A DNA stretch of 64,000 nucleotides from Patescibacteria group bacterium (lineage in GTDB: Bacteria; Patescibacteriota; Minisyncoccia; GCA-002772825). The notes under the pieces are model-generated. The model saw only the letters and a program-made list of their open reading frames with translations, was not told the DNA's origin and searched no databases. This document shows, piece by piece, positions 1 to 10,166 of this stretch. A program made the position numbers and the translations under genes. The stretch covers positions 128,137 through 192,136 of the forward strand of contig JANLHB010000016.1 of the NCBI GenBank assembly GCA_024654625.1. The letters are read 5' to 3'. The first letter of the stretch is position 1; every line of letters begins with the position of its first letter.

Positions 1-59
1 ACGCAGATAAATTAACCCACAAGATAGAAGTCGAAGCCGTTGGCACTGCTTTTGATAAT

Positions 60-3000
60 GTGGCAAACCGAACTGCCCGCGAGATTCTCTATGATCCCTC
101 TTCGCCTAAAATCAGGCGATCACATTCAATCGTCTACGACAGCATCCATAAACGATATCTGCTTTTTGGCGGATGGAATGGCACAAGTCCTCGCTACAAC
201 GATGTGTGGGAGTTGTCTGCCGATGACCGATTTGGTTCTTCTCCTCCCCAATGGAGAAAATTAAATCCTTCGGGAACTCCGCCATCTGCCCGCACAACTC
301 ATCTCGCTTTCTTTGATGCCACCGGCAACCGAATGATCATTCACGGTGGATATGACGGCGCGGATAAAAATGACACCTATGCGCTTGATGTTACGACCAG
401 ATACAGCGAAGCGTGGACGACGCTTTCTCCTACCGGCACTGCTCCTGCCGCGCGAAGTCAAGCGGCTGGTGCTTTCAAAGCGTCTACGAGAAAAGCGTAT
501 GTTCAGGGCGGTTTGGTTGGCGCGGGCGATTATCGCAACGACCTTTTTGAGCTTGACCTCTCCACGACAAATGGAGCGTGGACTCAACTGAAAGCCGAAG
601 ATGCGGCCGGCAATCCTCCCAGCCGAGCAGACCACTCGATAGTTTTTGATATTACAAATAATCGTCTGCTTATTTTCGGCGGATACGATGGCACGAATCG
701 ACTGAACGATCTCTGGAGATGGGATATCGCCGGCGCTTCGTTTGCCGAAGTATCTGACGGCACTCCTCCGGGAGTGCGGCAGATGCATGTGGCCGTCTAT
801 GACGAAAATAATCCAAGAATGATTGTCTGGGGAGGGAGAAACGGCACTGCATCCTCAAATTATCTTTCGGAGATTTGGGAGCTCAACACCACATCGGGAA
901 GCGAAACATGGACTGACAGAAGCCAAGCGGCGGGAGATAAAGTCCCCGGCTCGCGTTCTTCGGCCGCATGTTTTGATACGGTCAACAAGATAATGGTCAT
1001 ATTCGGCGGCGAGGATTCGGCATTGGCGCAACACAAGCATGTATATTTCATTGACCTCGCTACATCTGGTTCTGCCCCATTTTGGGGGGCGCTTCACAAC
1101 AACTGGCTATGGGGCCGCGATGCGATAGGTTACGCCTATAATCCCGACAGAAACGAAACTCTTATTTTCGGCGGATTCGGCCGTCTGGTTGAAGATACGC
1201 TTGCCGAAGGAGAACACACGAATGAATTTTGGATTTACGACCACGCCAATGGCGAATGGTATCAGCCGATTTTCAATACGATGTTCGGCATATCAGAACG
1301 AGAAGGGGCAACGATTATTTATGATACTAACCGAGATCGCTACATTATTTTCGGCGGTTTGGGCGGCAACAATACTCTAAACAATATTTACTTCAACGAT
1401 GTCTGGGAATTAAAAGCCAGCGCCGTTGGCGCGACTGGAGTTTATACTCTCACTAAACTCAATCCCTCGGGCACGAAACCCGCCGCACGATGGTTGCACG
1501 CCGCAGTATACGATGCGACTAATGACCGAATGATTGTTTTTGGCGGAGATGACGGCTCGAATTTCTTGAACGACGTGAAAGCACTCTCGTTCTCCGGGGG
1601 AGCTGACGGCGCTTGGTCTGCGATCACGCCCACCGGGACTGCGCCATCTGCCCGCAGACAGACGGCTTACGCCATAGACACCGGCGAGAATGTGATGCTG
1701 ATTTCTCATGGCGGCACTGGGGTGAACTCCTTTGCCGGCGACACTTTCAAACTGACGCTTACCGCAGGATCAGAAGCATGGGGAAGCGTTACGGGAACTG
1801 GCGCTCCATCTGCCCGCCGCGGCATGACCGCCATCTATCGTTCAACAGATGACGCTTTCTACTTTTTCGGCGGATACAACGGCACGACTAATTTTGATGA
1901 ACTCTGGAAGCTAACTTTTGGCGCAACTCCAGCGTGGTCTGCCGTTGCCGATACAAGCCCGCCAGCAGGAAGGCGGTCTCATTCAGGGACTTATTCTCCT
2001 ACGGGAGACAAAATGCTGATTTACGGCGGCCGCGACAGCACTGAAATATCATTCAATACCTTAAATCAAACTTGGGAATATGATATCGCGGGAAATGTTT
2101 GGACAAAGAAAGACCCCAAAATTTACATTCGGGGCGGCGATGATGTGACCGGCTTGGCTTCGTCCACCTCGTATCACTGGCAATCTTGGGTTACGGGAGT
2201 ATCCGGCGGCGATGCCGACAAAGTGTCGGCGTTCGGAAACTTGGAGAGCGTGGCGGATTTTCTCACAGGAACTGGTCAAGCTTTTACTCAAACTCTTAAC
2301 GAAATAGTTGCTGTGGCCGATCAAGTTCCGAAGCAGGCCCAGAAAGCCGCAAGCGAAGTGTTATTAATCGTTGATTCTTTGACGAGAAGCACATCGCGGA
2401 TATTTACGGAAGTCATCGCCATAGTTGATTCAATATCAAATCAGGCGCAAAAAATATTCTCGGAAATAGTTTCAATTGCCGATTCGCTCATAAAGCAAGG
2501 GCAAAAGAATCTGGCAGAAGTTATCACTATTACCGATACCGTACTCACTCAATCAACGCTCTTTAGGACTTACTCCGAAATAATCACAATTACCGACTCT
2601 CTGGCGAAACAAGTTGCCCGATCATTCAACGAAATGGTGATTCTTACCGATTCAGTGACCGCAAAAATCACCGCAAAGATTTTTGAAGAAGTGGTGATTA
2701 TTGTCGATAGCATTCAGCGAACCATTTCGAGAACTTTCAATGAAGCTCTAACGATTATTGATACAAAAATACTCCAGCCGATTAAAAACTTTATTGAGAC
2801 AGTTATTATCGCCGATGTTCTGTCGGTGGTGTTGACCATAAAAAAAGAACTCTCGGAAGCGGTTTTACTGGTTGATTCAGCGATAAAAGATATCGGAAAG
2901 TTTCTGGCGCCAGAAATCGTGTTTGTTGCCGACAACGCGGCACGGTTAAGCGGAAAAAATCTACAAGACACAATTATTGCCGCAGATTCTATCGCTAAAG

Positions 3001-5690
3001 AAAGCCAGCGGAGTATCTTGGAATCCGTATTGGTGGCGGATACTTCCATCCGGCAAGACATCAAAACATTCGGAGAAGTAGTAACGCTGGCTGACAACTT
3101 TTTGAGAACTTGGACAATCCAGAGGGTATTTGAGGAAATCGTTGCCATTGCCGATGTCTTATCCCGTCAAACTCAAAAAGCGTTCAGCGAAGTGGTGATA
3201 ATTGCGGATGCAATCATTGGAAAAACAATATCCAAAGTTTTGTCAGAAATAGTCACGATAGCGGACGCAATCGAGAAACAGATAAGTAGGATTTTTAATG
3301 AAGTTGTGGCAGTGGCCGACAGTATTGTTCGTTCTACCTTAAAACTTTTGAGCGAGGCGGTGATTATCGCCGATATTTTCTTGGCGGTGGCTGTCGTTAA
3401 AAAAGAACTTGTCGAGGCAATTTTGCTGGTAGATTCGGCTATAAAAAGTGTCACGAAATCGATGACAACGGAAATCGTGCTGGTTACAGACAGCGCGGCG
3501 AGATTAGTGGAAAAAAATCTGCAGGACGCGGTTATTGTTGCCGACTCTGTCTTAAAAGAAAGCAGGCGGATCATTCTCGAATCAGTGTTGCTTGTAGACA
3601 CATCCTTCAGACAAGGGATCAAAACGCTCGAGGAAGCGGTGACACTTGTCGACAGTTTTTTGAAAACTTGGACGGCGCAAAGAATCTTTGAGGAAATTGT
3701 CGCCATCAGCGATTCCGTATTCCGGCAAGCGCAAAAGACACTCATTGACGCAGTAATAGTTGCCGACTCGTTAGTGAAATCGATTCAGAGATCGTTGGCA
3801 GAAGCTGTAGCCATCGCAGATTCACTTTTGAGGCAGGCCCAGAAATTAGCGCAAGAAGCTGTGTTTATTGTTGACACCCTCGCAAATCAACTGACTGCAA
3901 GCAGAATTTTTGCAGAAGTTGTCGCAGTGGCCGATACGATTTTTAAGCAAATGAGCAGAAGTTTGGCAGAAGTTGTGGCCATAGTCGACTTTCTTCTGCG
4001 GGCCCCGCAAAAGGTTCTTGCCGATGCGGTGGCCATCGCCGACTCTATCCTAAAATCCGCCCAAAGAGCTTTTTTTGAAGCCGTGGCCGTGGCTGACACA
4101 CTGGCAAAACAAATGATTCGAAGGTTCTCTGAATCAGTGGTTATTGCGGATACTGCCCAAGCTATAAAAACTTTTGTCAGAGATTTGGATGAAATTATTG
4201 CTGTTGTTGATTCAGTAGCGAAACAAACCGGCAGAAGTTTGGCAGAAGTCATATTGATCGTTGATTCGGCGATACGCTCGGCAGGAAAATTCATAACCGA
4301 AACAATTATTGTGGCTGATTCAATTATTCGAGAGACGAGCCGAACGATAAACGAGGTTGTGGTTGTCTCGGATAATCTTGTAAGACAAACTGGAAGAATT
4401 TTGAGCGATGCGGTTGCCTTAGCCGACTCAGTCACTACCAAGATAACCGCCAAGATTTTTGCTGAAGCGGTAGCGATTACTGATGCCATAGAAAAACAGA
4501 CGGGGCGAATTTTGAGCGAGATCGTGGCAATCGCAGACAATCTGATCCGGCAAGCCGGCAAGGTTTTGAGCGATCCCATAGTCGTAATCGATACTTTCAC
4601 CCGCACGATCTCCATTCAGAGAATATTGCAGGAAGCAGTGATTATCGCTGACAGCGTAAACAATCAGGCCCAAAAGATATTCGGGGAAATTATATCGGTC
4701 ATTGATAGTTTAAGCCGGCAGATTTCTCGTCTATTTGCCGAAGCGATATCGATAGCCGATTCGGTTTCAAAGACAGCTCAAAGAATACTTCAAGAAACCA
4801 TCTCAATTGCCGACGCACTCACAAGAGCTGGCGGCAAAGCTCTAAACGAAATCGTCACCATCGCGGATTCTTTATCAAAACAAATCACCCGAACATTAAA
4901 CGAAGTTGTCGCCATCGCTGATTCTGTCTTGAAGCAAGGATCAAGGATTTTTACGGAAGCCATATTGCTTGCTGACAACTTTATTCGGCAGGCCGGCAAA
5001 GTATTTTCCGAAGCAGTACAAATAGCCGATGGCGTGATCGCCGTCAAACTGCAGGTGCTTCTTTCCGAAATAATTGTCATCGCTGACAGCGTTATCATGC
5101 CTTTTACGAAAATGCTTGCCGAGATGATAAGCATTGCGGACGCGATTGTCCGTCAAACAGCCAAGATTTTTGGCGAGGCGGTTTCAATCGCTGATTCGCT
5201 CGGCAAACAGATTTTGAAAATATATGCGGAGATGGTTGCTGTCGCGGATTCAGCGATGCGCCAACCAATGAAGCTTCTCAAAGAAATAGTGACGATAGCA
5301 GATTCGATGGCTCGAATCGTGTCCAGAGTGTTTGCACAAACCATAACGATTGCCGATTCGGCTTTGAAAAAAGCAGTTCGAGTTTTTGCGGAAGCAGTGA
5401 GTATCGCTGAATCACTCGCAAAGCTTCTTACACGATACGCGAATCTTAACGAAATCGTGCAGGTGGCAGATTCGATCATTCGGGCAATTGGCAAGGCGGT
5501 CACCGAGACCGTCCGTATCGTGGCAGAGCTTTTGAATAAACCAACCTTCCCGCCTGTGCTCAAGGTTGCGATTCAATTTCTGACCGCAAAGATCGGTGTT
5601 TTGCTTTCGAGTTCAAAACAGAATACCGAACTAAAGAGCGCGAAAACAGGGGTCGATCTTAAGGGCGCGAAACAAGATATCAATTTGTAA
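60..5690 (+). CDS. Giant repeat protein, 5'-truncated at the window edge. N-terminal Kelch/galactose-oxidase-like beta-propeller repeats, then about 57 tandem copies of a 19-aa unit (x-F-x-E-V-V-x-I-A-D-S-x-x-R/K-Q-x-x-K). Putative phage fibre or adhesin.
   Basis: The reading frame is open from nt 3 with no in-frame stop upstream of the first in-window ATG at 60. Repeated ...FGG...W... Kelch blades run from about aa 1-700. From about nt 2250 to 5500 the sequence repeats with a 57-bp period, seen as recurring EVVAIADS / EIVTIADS / EAVAIADS peptides. Confidence 0.8.
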   Translation: MANRTAREILYDPSSPKIRRSHSIVYDSIHKRYLLFGGWNGTSPRYNDVWELSADDRFGSSPPQWRKLNPSGTPPSARTTHLAFFDATGNRMIIHGGYDGADKNDTYALDVTTRYSEAWTTLSPTGTAPAARSQAAGAFKASTRKAYVQGGLVGAGDYRNDLFELDLSTTNGAWTQLKAEDAAGNPPSRADHSIVFDITNNRLLIFGGYDGTNRLNDLWRWDIAGASFAEVSDGTPPGVRQMHVAVYDENNPRMIVWGGRNGTASSNYLSEIWELNTTSGSETWTDRSQAAGDKVPGSRSSAACFDTVNKIMVIFGGEDSALAQHKHVYFIDLATSGSAPFWGALHNNWLWGRDAIGYAYNPDRNETLIFGGFGRLVEDTLAEGEHTNEFWIYDHANGEWYQPIFNTMFGISEREGATIIYDTNRDRYIIFGGLGGNNTLNNIYFNDVWELKASAVGATGVYTLTKLNPSGTKPAARWLHAAVYDATNDRMIVFGGDDGSNFLNDVKALSFSGGADGAWSAITPTGTAPSARRQTAYAIDTGENVMLISHGGTGVNSFAGDTFKLTLTAGSEAWGSVTGTGAPSARRGMTAIYRSTDDAFYFFGGYNGTTNFDELWKLTFGATPAWSAVADTSPPAGRRSHSGTYSPTGDKMLIYGGRDSTEISFNTLNQTWEYDIAGNVWTKKDPKIYIRGGDDVTGLASSTSYHWQSWVTGVSGGDADKVSAFGNLESVADFLTGTGQAFTQTLNEIVAVADQVPKQAQKAASEVLLIVDSLTRSTSRIFTEVIAIVDSISNQAQKIFSEIVSIADSLIKQGQKNLAEVITITDTVLTQSTLFRTYSEIITITDSLAKQVARSFNEMVILTDSVTAKITAKIFEEVVIIVDSIQRTISRTFNEALTIIDTKILQPIKNFIETVIIADVLSVVLTIKKELSEAVLLVDSAIKDIGKFLAPEIVFVADNAARLSGKNLQDTIIAADSIAKESQRSILESVLVADTSIRQDIKTFGEVVTLADNFLRTWTIQRVFEEIVAIADVLSRQTQKAFSEVVIIADAIIGKTISKVLSEIVTIADAIEKQISRIFNEVVAVADSIVRSTLKLLSEAVIIADIFLAVAVVKKELVEAILLVDSAIKSVTKSMTTEIVLVTDSAARLVEKNLQDAVIVADSVLKESRRIILESVLLVDTSFRQGIKTLEEAVTLVDSFLKTWTAQRIFEEIVAISDSVFRQAQKTLIDAVIVADSLVKSIQRSLAEAVAIADSLLRQAQKLAQEAVFIVDTLANQLTASRIFAEVVAVADTIFKQMSRSLAEVVAIVDFLLRAPQKVLADAVAIADSILKSAQRAFFEAVAVADTLAKQMIRRFSESVVIADTAQAIKTFVRDLDEIIAVVDSVAKQTGRSLAEVILIVDSAIRSAGKFITETIIVADSIIRETSRTINEVVVVSDNLVRQTGRILSDAVALADSVTTKITAKIFAEAVAITDAIEKQTGRILSEIVAIADNLIRQAGKVLSDPIVVIDTFTRTISIQRILQEAVIIADSVNNQAQKIFGEIISVIDSLSRQISRLFAEAISIADSVSKTAQRILQETISIADALTRAGGKALNEIVTIADSLSKQITRTLNEVVAIADSVLKQGSRIFTEAILLADNFIRQAGKVFSEAVQIADGVIAVKLQVLLSEIIVIADSVIMPFTKMLAEMISIADAIVRQTAKIFGEAVSIADSLGKQILKIYAEMVAVADSAMRQPMKLLKEIVTIADSMARIVSRVFAQTITIADSALKKAVRVFAEAVSIAESLAKLLTRYANLNEIVQVADSIIRAIGKAVTETVRIVAELLNKPTFPPVLKVAIQFLTAKIGVLLSSSKQNTELKSAKTGVDLKGAKQDINL

Positions 5691-5693
5691 TTT

Positions 5694-6011
5694 ATGGCCA
5701 GCATTAAAATAGTACAAAACGATACGAAACCATACCTTGAGTTTGAAATAACCCAAGACGGCGCACCTGTCGATCTTACCGGCGCGACGGTGAAATTTTA
5801 TATGAAGGATTCAACCACCGGGTCCGTGAAGATCAATGGAAGCGCATGCACGATTACCGACGCCGCCAAAGGAAAATGCCGCTATGTCTGGGCGGCGGGT
5901 GACACCAACACGGTCGGGACATACCTTGGGGAAGTAGAGGTCACATTTCCCGATACGAAAATCCAGACGGGGTATAAGCAGGTGACGATCATTATTCGAG
6001 ACGACATATAA
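5694..6011 (+). CDS. Phage structural Ig-like protein (BppU N-terminal-like domain)
   Basis: The 105-aa N-terminus IVQNDTKPYLEFEITQDGAPVDLTGATVKFYMK resembles the BppU_N / phage Ig-like fold. It is tightly packed (3-nt gap) in a + strand operon. Confidence 0.5.
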   Translation: MASIKIVQNDTKPYLEFEITQDGAPVDLTGATVKFYMKDSTTGSVKINGSACTITDAAKGKCRYVWAAGDTNTVGTYLGEVEVTFPDTKIQTGYKQVTIIIRDDI

Positions 6012-6015
6012 ATTT

Positions 6016-6648
6016 ATGAACCGAGGAGAAATTAAAACCGCAATAAAAAATCAGGTTGACGATCAGAGTGTCACCGACGCCCTGCTTAATGAGTGGATTC
6101 AAGCCGCAGATGATCGCGTTCAAATTTGGCGTCCGCCGGCCGATCAGAGCCAGAGCTTTGACTACTGGGACTATTTGAAAGACCAAAAAAACTACACGAC
6201 GGTGGCGGATCAGAATAAATATTCTATCCCAGATGAGTACCGAGCGTTTATCGAGCTGACAGTCGGAGACGACACCGAGCCCTACCGGCTGGTTGATTTC
6301 TTGGATCGGGAAGAATTTAACGACCACATCGCTTGGATTCTGGGCAAGTTTTTCTATATGAAGAAAACGCCCTCGGTGGACGGTGACACGATGGTGTTCA
6401 CTTTTGCTCGCATGTCTGACGCGTTTGTCTCGGACAGTGATGAACCAGAAATTGAGCGGCCGTATCATCAGGCCCATGTGGCATTCGGAAAATCCCGCTA
6501 TTACAACCAGCAGGGCGACACGGAATTGGAGAACCAGAATCTAAACGAGTTTGAGAGGATCATGACGAATAAATGGAGGGATCAAGAGCAGGGGCGAATG
6601 GCCTCAGCAAGAGAGTCGGCATCCATCCCCAAAAACTTTTTAGTGTAA
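6016..6648 (+). CDS. Hypothetical phage-module protein
   Basis: Complete 210-aa ORF with a 4-nt gap to the upstream gene, lying in a run of genes on the same strand. No recognisable motif. Confidence 0.55.
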   Translation: MNRGEIKTAIKNQVDDQSVTDALLNEWIQAADDRVQIWRPPADQSQSFDYWDYLKDQKNYTTVADQNKYSIPDEYRAFIELTVGDDTEPYRLVDFLDREEFNDHIAWILGKFFYMKKTPSVDGDTMVFTFARMSDAFVSDSDEPEIERPYHQAHVAFGKSRYYNQQGDTELENQNLNEFERIMTNKWRDQEQGRMASARESASIPKNFLV

Positions 6649-6652
6649 CGAT

Positions 6653-8383
6653 ATGGCATTACTAAAGAAAATTTGGAAACTTTCAAGATTCGACAAGGGA
6701 GTCGGCAATGTGAATGCGCCGGGTATGTTCTGGTGGTCGCAGGGTTTGGATTTTGAATCATCGCCGCCCTATATTCGCGTTGCCGCAAAAATGATCAAGG
6801 AAGCGGATAGCGCGTCCGTCGCTACGCTGGGCGACATTTTCTGGGGAACGATTTTTGACAGCACGAACTGGGCGATCAATATGCTGGACGGCAAGGTTTT
6901 CAAATTCATCTATCCCAGCTGGACGGAAGTTCACGATAATGTGAACGCATGGGGCGGGCTTGGACTTTTCGGCGACAGCCAGATAGAAAATTTCACCGAG
7001 AAAGGATTTTTGTATTTTGCCTCGAACGGCTGGGCGGGACGCTATCAGCGCGAAACCGATACTTGGACTGACTCGTGGCAAAGCTTCGCGGTATCAAACA
7101 ACGCCGAACTTTGCCCGATAACAAAATTTCTCAAGTTCGTCTGTTTTGGCAATGAGCGATACCTCGCCACTTGGGATACCGCCGCAAGCTCGTGGAATGC
7201 GACGCGAATCACTCTTCCGCTAGGATACAGAATCAAATGGCTCATGCCACTCACCGATTACTTGGTGATATCGGCCCACCACAACGCGTTCGGCACAGCA
7301 CTCTTTTTCTGGGACGGAATCTCGGGGACTTATAACCGAGTTCTTCAACTGCCGAATGTGCGCGCGCTTGCCGGCGCGGTGGACAAAAACGCCCTCTATG
7401 TGATCACGGGCGATGGCTGGATCAATCTTTTCAACGGAGTAGGCCTTGTTCGCCTAAATCGCTTCCCAGATATCGAGCTCGACGCAAATTATGCCAGTAT
7501 CCTCAACATCAATCCCGACGCGGTGAAAGTGTTCCAGGGAGTTATTTTGATCGGCAAGGCGGCGAGCGGATTCAGTATGGAGAAGCGATTCTACCCGGGC
7601 GGAATTTGGGTGTTCAATCCCGCAACGCGAGCTCTGTATTTCAAACACACGATGTCGCATTTCGGAATCACCAATAACAGCGGATCAGGAGTTATTGGCA
7701 TCGGAAGCATCATTATTGACCAAGGCGGAAATATCTTCCGAGTCGCGTGGAATAAAGGCGGCGGCACCGGCCAGTATGTCATCGACAACTCAATGGATAG
7801 CGGAAGCGCAAGACCCTACAACTACGGCGCGTTTCTCGTCACTTCGCTTCTCGATGATGAACCATATCGAAGAAAGCGATTCATCCAAACCATAATCAAT
7901 TTTTGGAGACCCTTCGTGGATAGTTCTCTTGCCCGCGTGATCGTGAAATACAACATCACCGAGCAATACCAAAGAGATGTCCGTTTTGCGAGCGGCGGCA
8001 CGAGCACTACATTTACGCTTGGATTTGTGCCGAGCTACTGGGAAGTTGGAGACGAAGTGTCGGTGCTCTCCGGCAACGGCGCGGGACAGATCAGGCACAT
8101 CAAATCCATCAGCGGCACCACGATAACAGTAGATGAATTTCTGCAGGGCGGCGCAAGCTACGATACGACTTCTTTCTTACTGCTTTCAAAATTCAAAAAA
8201 GTCGGCGAGATCAAAGGAAGCACCGAACCAGAGATCGTCAATAAACTGATGCGATTTAATACGAGGTCAAAAAAAATTCAATTAAAAATCGAAATATGGT
8301 CTCCGTCCGGGTTCACCGGCGAGTGGAATATGGGCATTGCCGATATCTCCACCGTCTATGTCCCAGACCGAATCATTAAATAA
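6653..8383 (+). CDS. Hypothetical large structural protein, W/G-rich and probably beta-rich (tail, baseplate or capsid candidate)
   Basis: 576-aa ORF with non-repetitive, protein-like composition, co-operonic with the neighbouring genes. Confidence 0.6.
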   Translation: MALLKKIWKLSRFDKGVGNVNAPGMFWWSQGLDFESSPPYIRVAAKMIKEADSASVATLGDIFWGTIFDSTNWAINMLDGKVFKFIYPSWTEVHDNVNAWGGLGLFGDSQIENFTEKGFLYFASNGWAGRYQRETDTWTDSWQSFAVSNNAELCPITKFLKFVCFGNERYLATWDTAASSWNATRITLPLGYRIKWLMPLTDYLVISAHHNAFGTALFFWDGISGTYNRVLQLPNVRALAGAVDKNALYVITGDGWINLFNGVGLVRLNRFPDIELDANYASILNINPDAVKVFQGVILIGKAASGFSMEKRFYPGGIWVFNPATRALYFKHTMSHFGITNNSGSGVIGIGSIIIDQGGNIFRVAWNKGGGTGQYVIDNSMDSGSARPYNYGAFLVTSLLDDEPYRRKRFIQTIINFWRPFVDSSLARVIVKYNITEQYQRDVRFASGGTSTTFTLGFVPSYWEVGDEVSVLSGNGAGQIRHIKSISGTTITVDEFLQGGASYDTTSFLLLSKFKKVGEIKGSTEPEIVNKLMRFNTRSKKIQLKIEIWSPSGFTGEWNMGIADISTVYVPDRIIK

Positions 8384-8388
8384 CCACC

Positions 8389-8577
8389 ATGGCTTACACA
8401 TTGGAAAAAATTGACGCGGAAAATTTTAAGCTTATCGAAAGCAAGTCGGCAACTTCGGTATTCAATATCAATGAGTTGAAGAAATTAAAAACGCAATTAG
8501 AAAAAGAGGTCACGAGAATTAATAGCGAGCTCGCCAGAGTCAATACAATCTTGGACGAGTACGCAAAACTACCATAA
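8389..8577 (+). CDS. Small coiled-coil protein
   Basis: 62 aa, charged and helical (KLKTQLEKEVTRINSELARVNTILDEY), packed between the neighbouring genes. Confidence 0.4.
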   Translation: MAYTLEKIDAENFKLIESKSATSVFNINELKKLKTQLEKEVTRINSELARVNTILDEYAKLP

Positions 8578-8579
8578 CC

Positions 8580-8786
8580 ATGCCAAACGATCCAAACGAA
8601 AACAGAAATCCGCTTGATCCGCAATTGGGACTCATTCTCACTCTGTTGAGAGATATCCCGATTTTGAATACGGTCCCGAGCGACCCGCCAAAGTTTCCGA
8701 TCGGATTCGCGCTCTATGACGACGGTGTAAATCGGAGGTTTTACATTTTCTTCAATGGCAACTGGCGATATGTAGCTCTCACTTAA
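8580..8786 (+). CDS. Small hypothetical protein
   Basis: 68-aa ORF with 2-4 nt gaps to its neighbours on the same strand. Confidence 0.4.
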   Translation: MPNDPNENRNPLDPQLGLILTLLRDIPILNTVPSDPPKFPIGFALYDDGVNRRFYIFFNGNWRYVALT

Positions 8787-8790
8787 ACAT

Positions 8791-10161
8791 ATGGCAAACA
8801 CACTATTCGAATATTACAAAACAAAAGGCCAAAAACTCCCCGGCATTTCCGATAGATCGAAAACTTTCGAGGAACTTGGCTTGGGAGCGGCTTCGGCATA
8901 TAAGGGCGACTACCAGCAGAATGTTGACCTGTTGGAGAGGTTGAAAGCCGGGTCCCAGCCCAAAATAACCCCAATTCAGCCTCAAACCGCCTCTCTGCCA
9001 GCCCAGAAACCCCCCGTGGCGAGCCTTGCGACCCGTGTTGAAGCGGGGCCGACCCAGCCACCCATTTCACCACCTGTGCCGAGCTTGCCACCCAAAACGA
9101 CCATTTCTGGACAAGAGGTGCCAACCAGCACTGGACTATTCCAGCAGTATCAGGTGGACATAAACAAACGCATGCAGGATTTAGAAGAGCGAGAAAGAAA
9201 AGTTTTGGAATCACAAAAAGCTTTGCCGAGCAAAGCCGATCTTCTGAGCGGCGCGAGAACCGAGCAGGGTCTGCCAGAAGATACCAAAAGAGCCCAAAGC
9301 TTGGATGAACGGCTGGCCTCATTAGAGGGTTCAATCTTTGAATCCGAGAGGGATATTCGGGATCGCATCAAAAAGAGCGGCGGCATTGTGACGGAAAGTC
9401 AGGTGCAAAGATTAGCGGCTTCTGAAACCAGACCATTGCTTGAAGAATACAACCGGCTCTCTACGGAGAGACAACGGCTTGGCCAAGGCATCTCTTCAAA
9501 AGAAGGTCTTGCCCGCGAATTTGCCGGCGCGAAGTTTGAGGACTTGTCCCGCGCGCTTGGGATAGCGGAAACCGAACTTGAATTTGGCAGGAAGCGATAC
9601 GAAATTTATGCGGATATTGCCGGCGATCTCTTGAACGCATCTCAAAAAGACATCGCGCAGATTGTCGAAATGGCTCAATCCAAAGACAAGGCCGAAAGAA
9701 AAGCGGCCGAAGATGCCATTGATTTCGCATTCAAGATGGCGGACTTAGCAGTGAAAACTCCGGCTGGCACGACATTCGATATCGGTGGGAAAAAAGTGGC
9801 CGGCGTAAAACCGCCGACATCATCTTCCGTCAGTACGCTTGCGCCGACGCAGTTCAACATTCGCGCAGGCCTTGCAGGACTTACTAAAGATCAGGCAAAC
9901 GATGTCGCCGCTTCGGAAACTCCGCCGGCGTGGTTTAAGGCCCAAGAAGAAAACAAAGCGCAATCATCGCTGACATTCGCGGAACTTCAGAAAAGATGGA
10001 GCGCCATGAGAAGCAAGGTAGCGCAAGCGGCAGAGACAAAAGAATCTGATGATCCGTTCGCCAGAATCGTTGAGGCGGCGATTAGCGGCGGAGAAACAGG
10101 AACCGAAGGGGGCGATCTCTTCGAGGCCATCATTAAAAAAGCGTTGGCCGAAAGCCCATAA
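8791..10161 (+). CDS. Coiled-coil protein with a proline-rich linker (scaffold- or assembly-like)
   Basis: 456 aa. A central Pro/Gln-rich segment (PQTASLPAQKPPVASLA...PPISPPVPSLPP) is followed by long E/K/R-rich helices. Confidence 0.55.
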   Translation: MANTLFEYYKTKGQKLPGISDRSKTFEELGLGAASAYKGDYQQNVDLLERLKAGSQPKITPIQPQTASLPAQKPPVASLATRVEAGPTQPPISPPVPSLPPKTTISGQEVPTSTGLFQQYQVDINKRMQDLEERERKVLESQKALPSKADLLSGARTEQGLPEDTKRAQSLDERLASLEGSIFESERDIRDRIKKSGGIVTESQVQRLAASETRPLLEEYNRLSTERQRLGQGISSKEGLAREFAGAKFEDLSRALGIAETELEFGRKRYEIYADIAGDLLNASQKDIAQIVEMAQSKDKAERKAAEDAIDFAFKMADLAVKTPAGTTFDIGGKKVAGVKPPTSSSVSTLAPTQFNIRAGLAGLTKDQANDVAASETPPAWFKAQEENKAQSSLTFAELQKRWSAMRSKVAQAAETKESDDPFARIVEAAISGGETGTEGGDLFEAIIKKALAESP

Positions 10162-10166
10162 CAGCT

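Noticed and set aside
40-297. Short ORFs 40-264 (+) and 112-297 (-) at the window start
   Set aside because: They overlap the open reading frame of the Kelch-repeat giant gene, which is continuous from nt 3. They are alternative-frame artefacts.
2061-5563. Multiple long minus-strand ORFs (e.g. 2714-3148, 3173-3745, 3887-4615, 4790-5134, 5153-5563) inside the giant repeat gene
   Set aside because: They are antisense reading frames kept open by the 57-bp periodic, low-complexity repeat DNA. Their S/A/T/I-rich products mirror the sense-strand repeat and have no independent signals, so they are treated as spurious.
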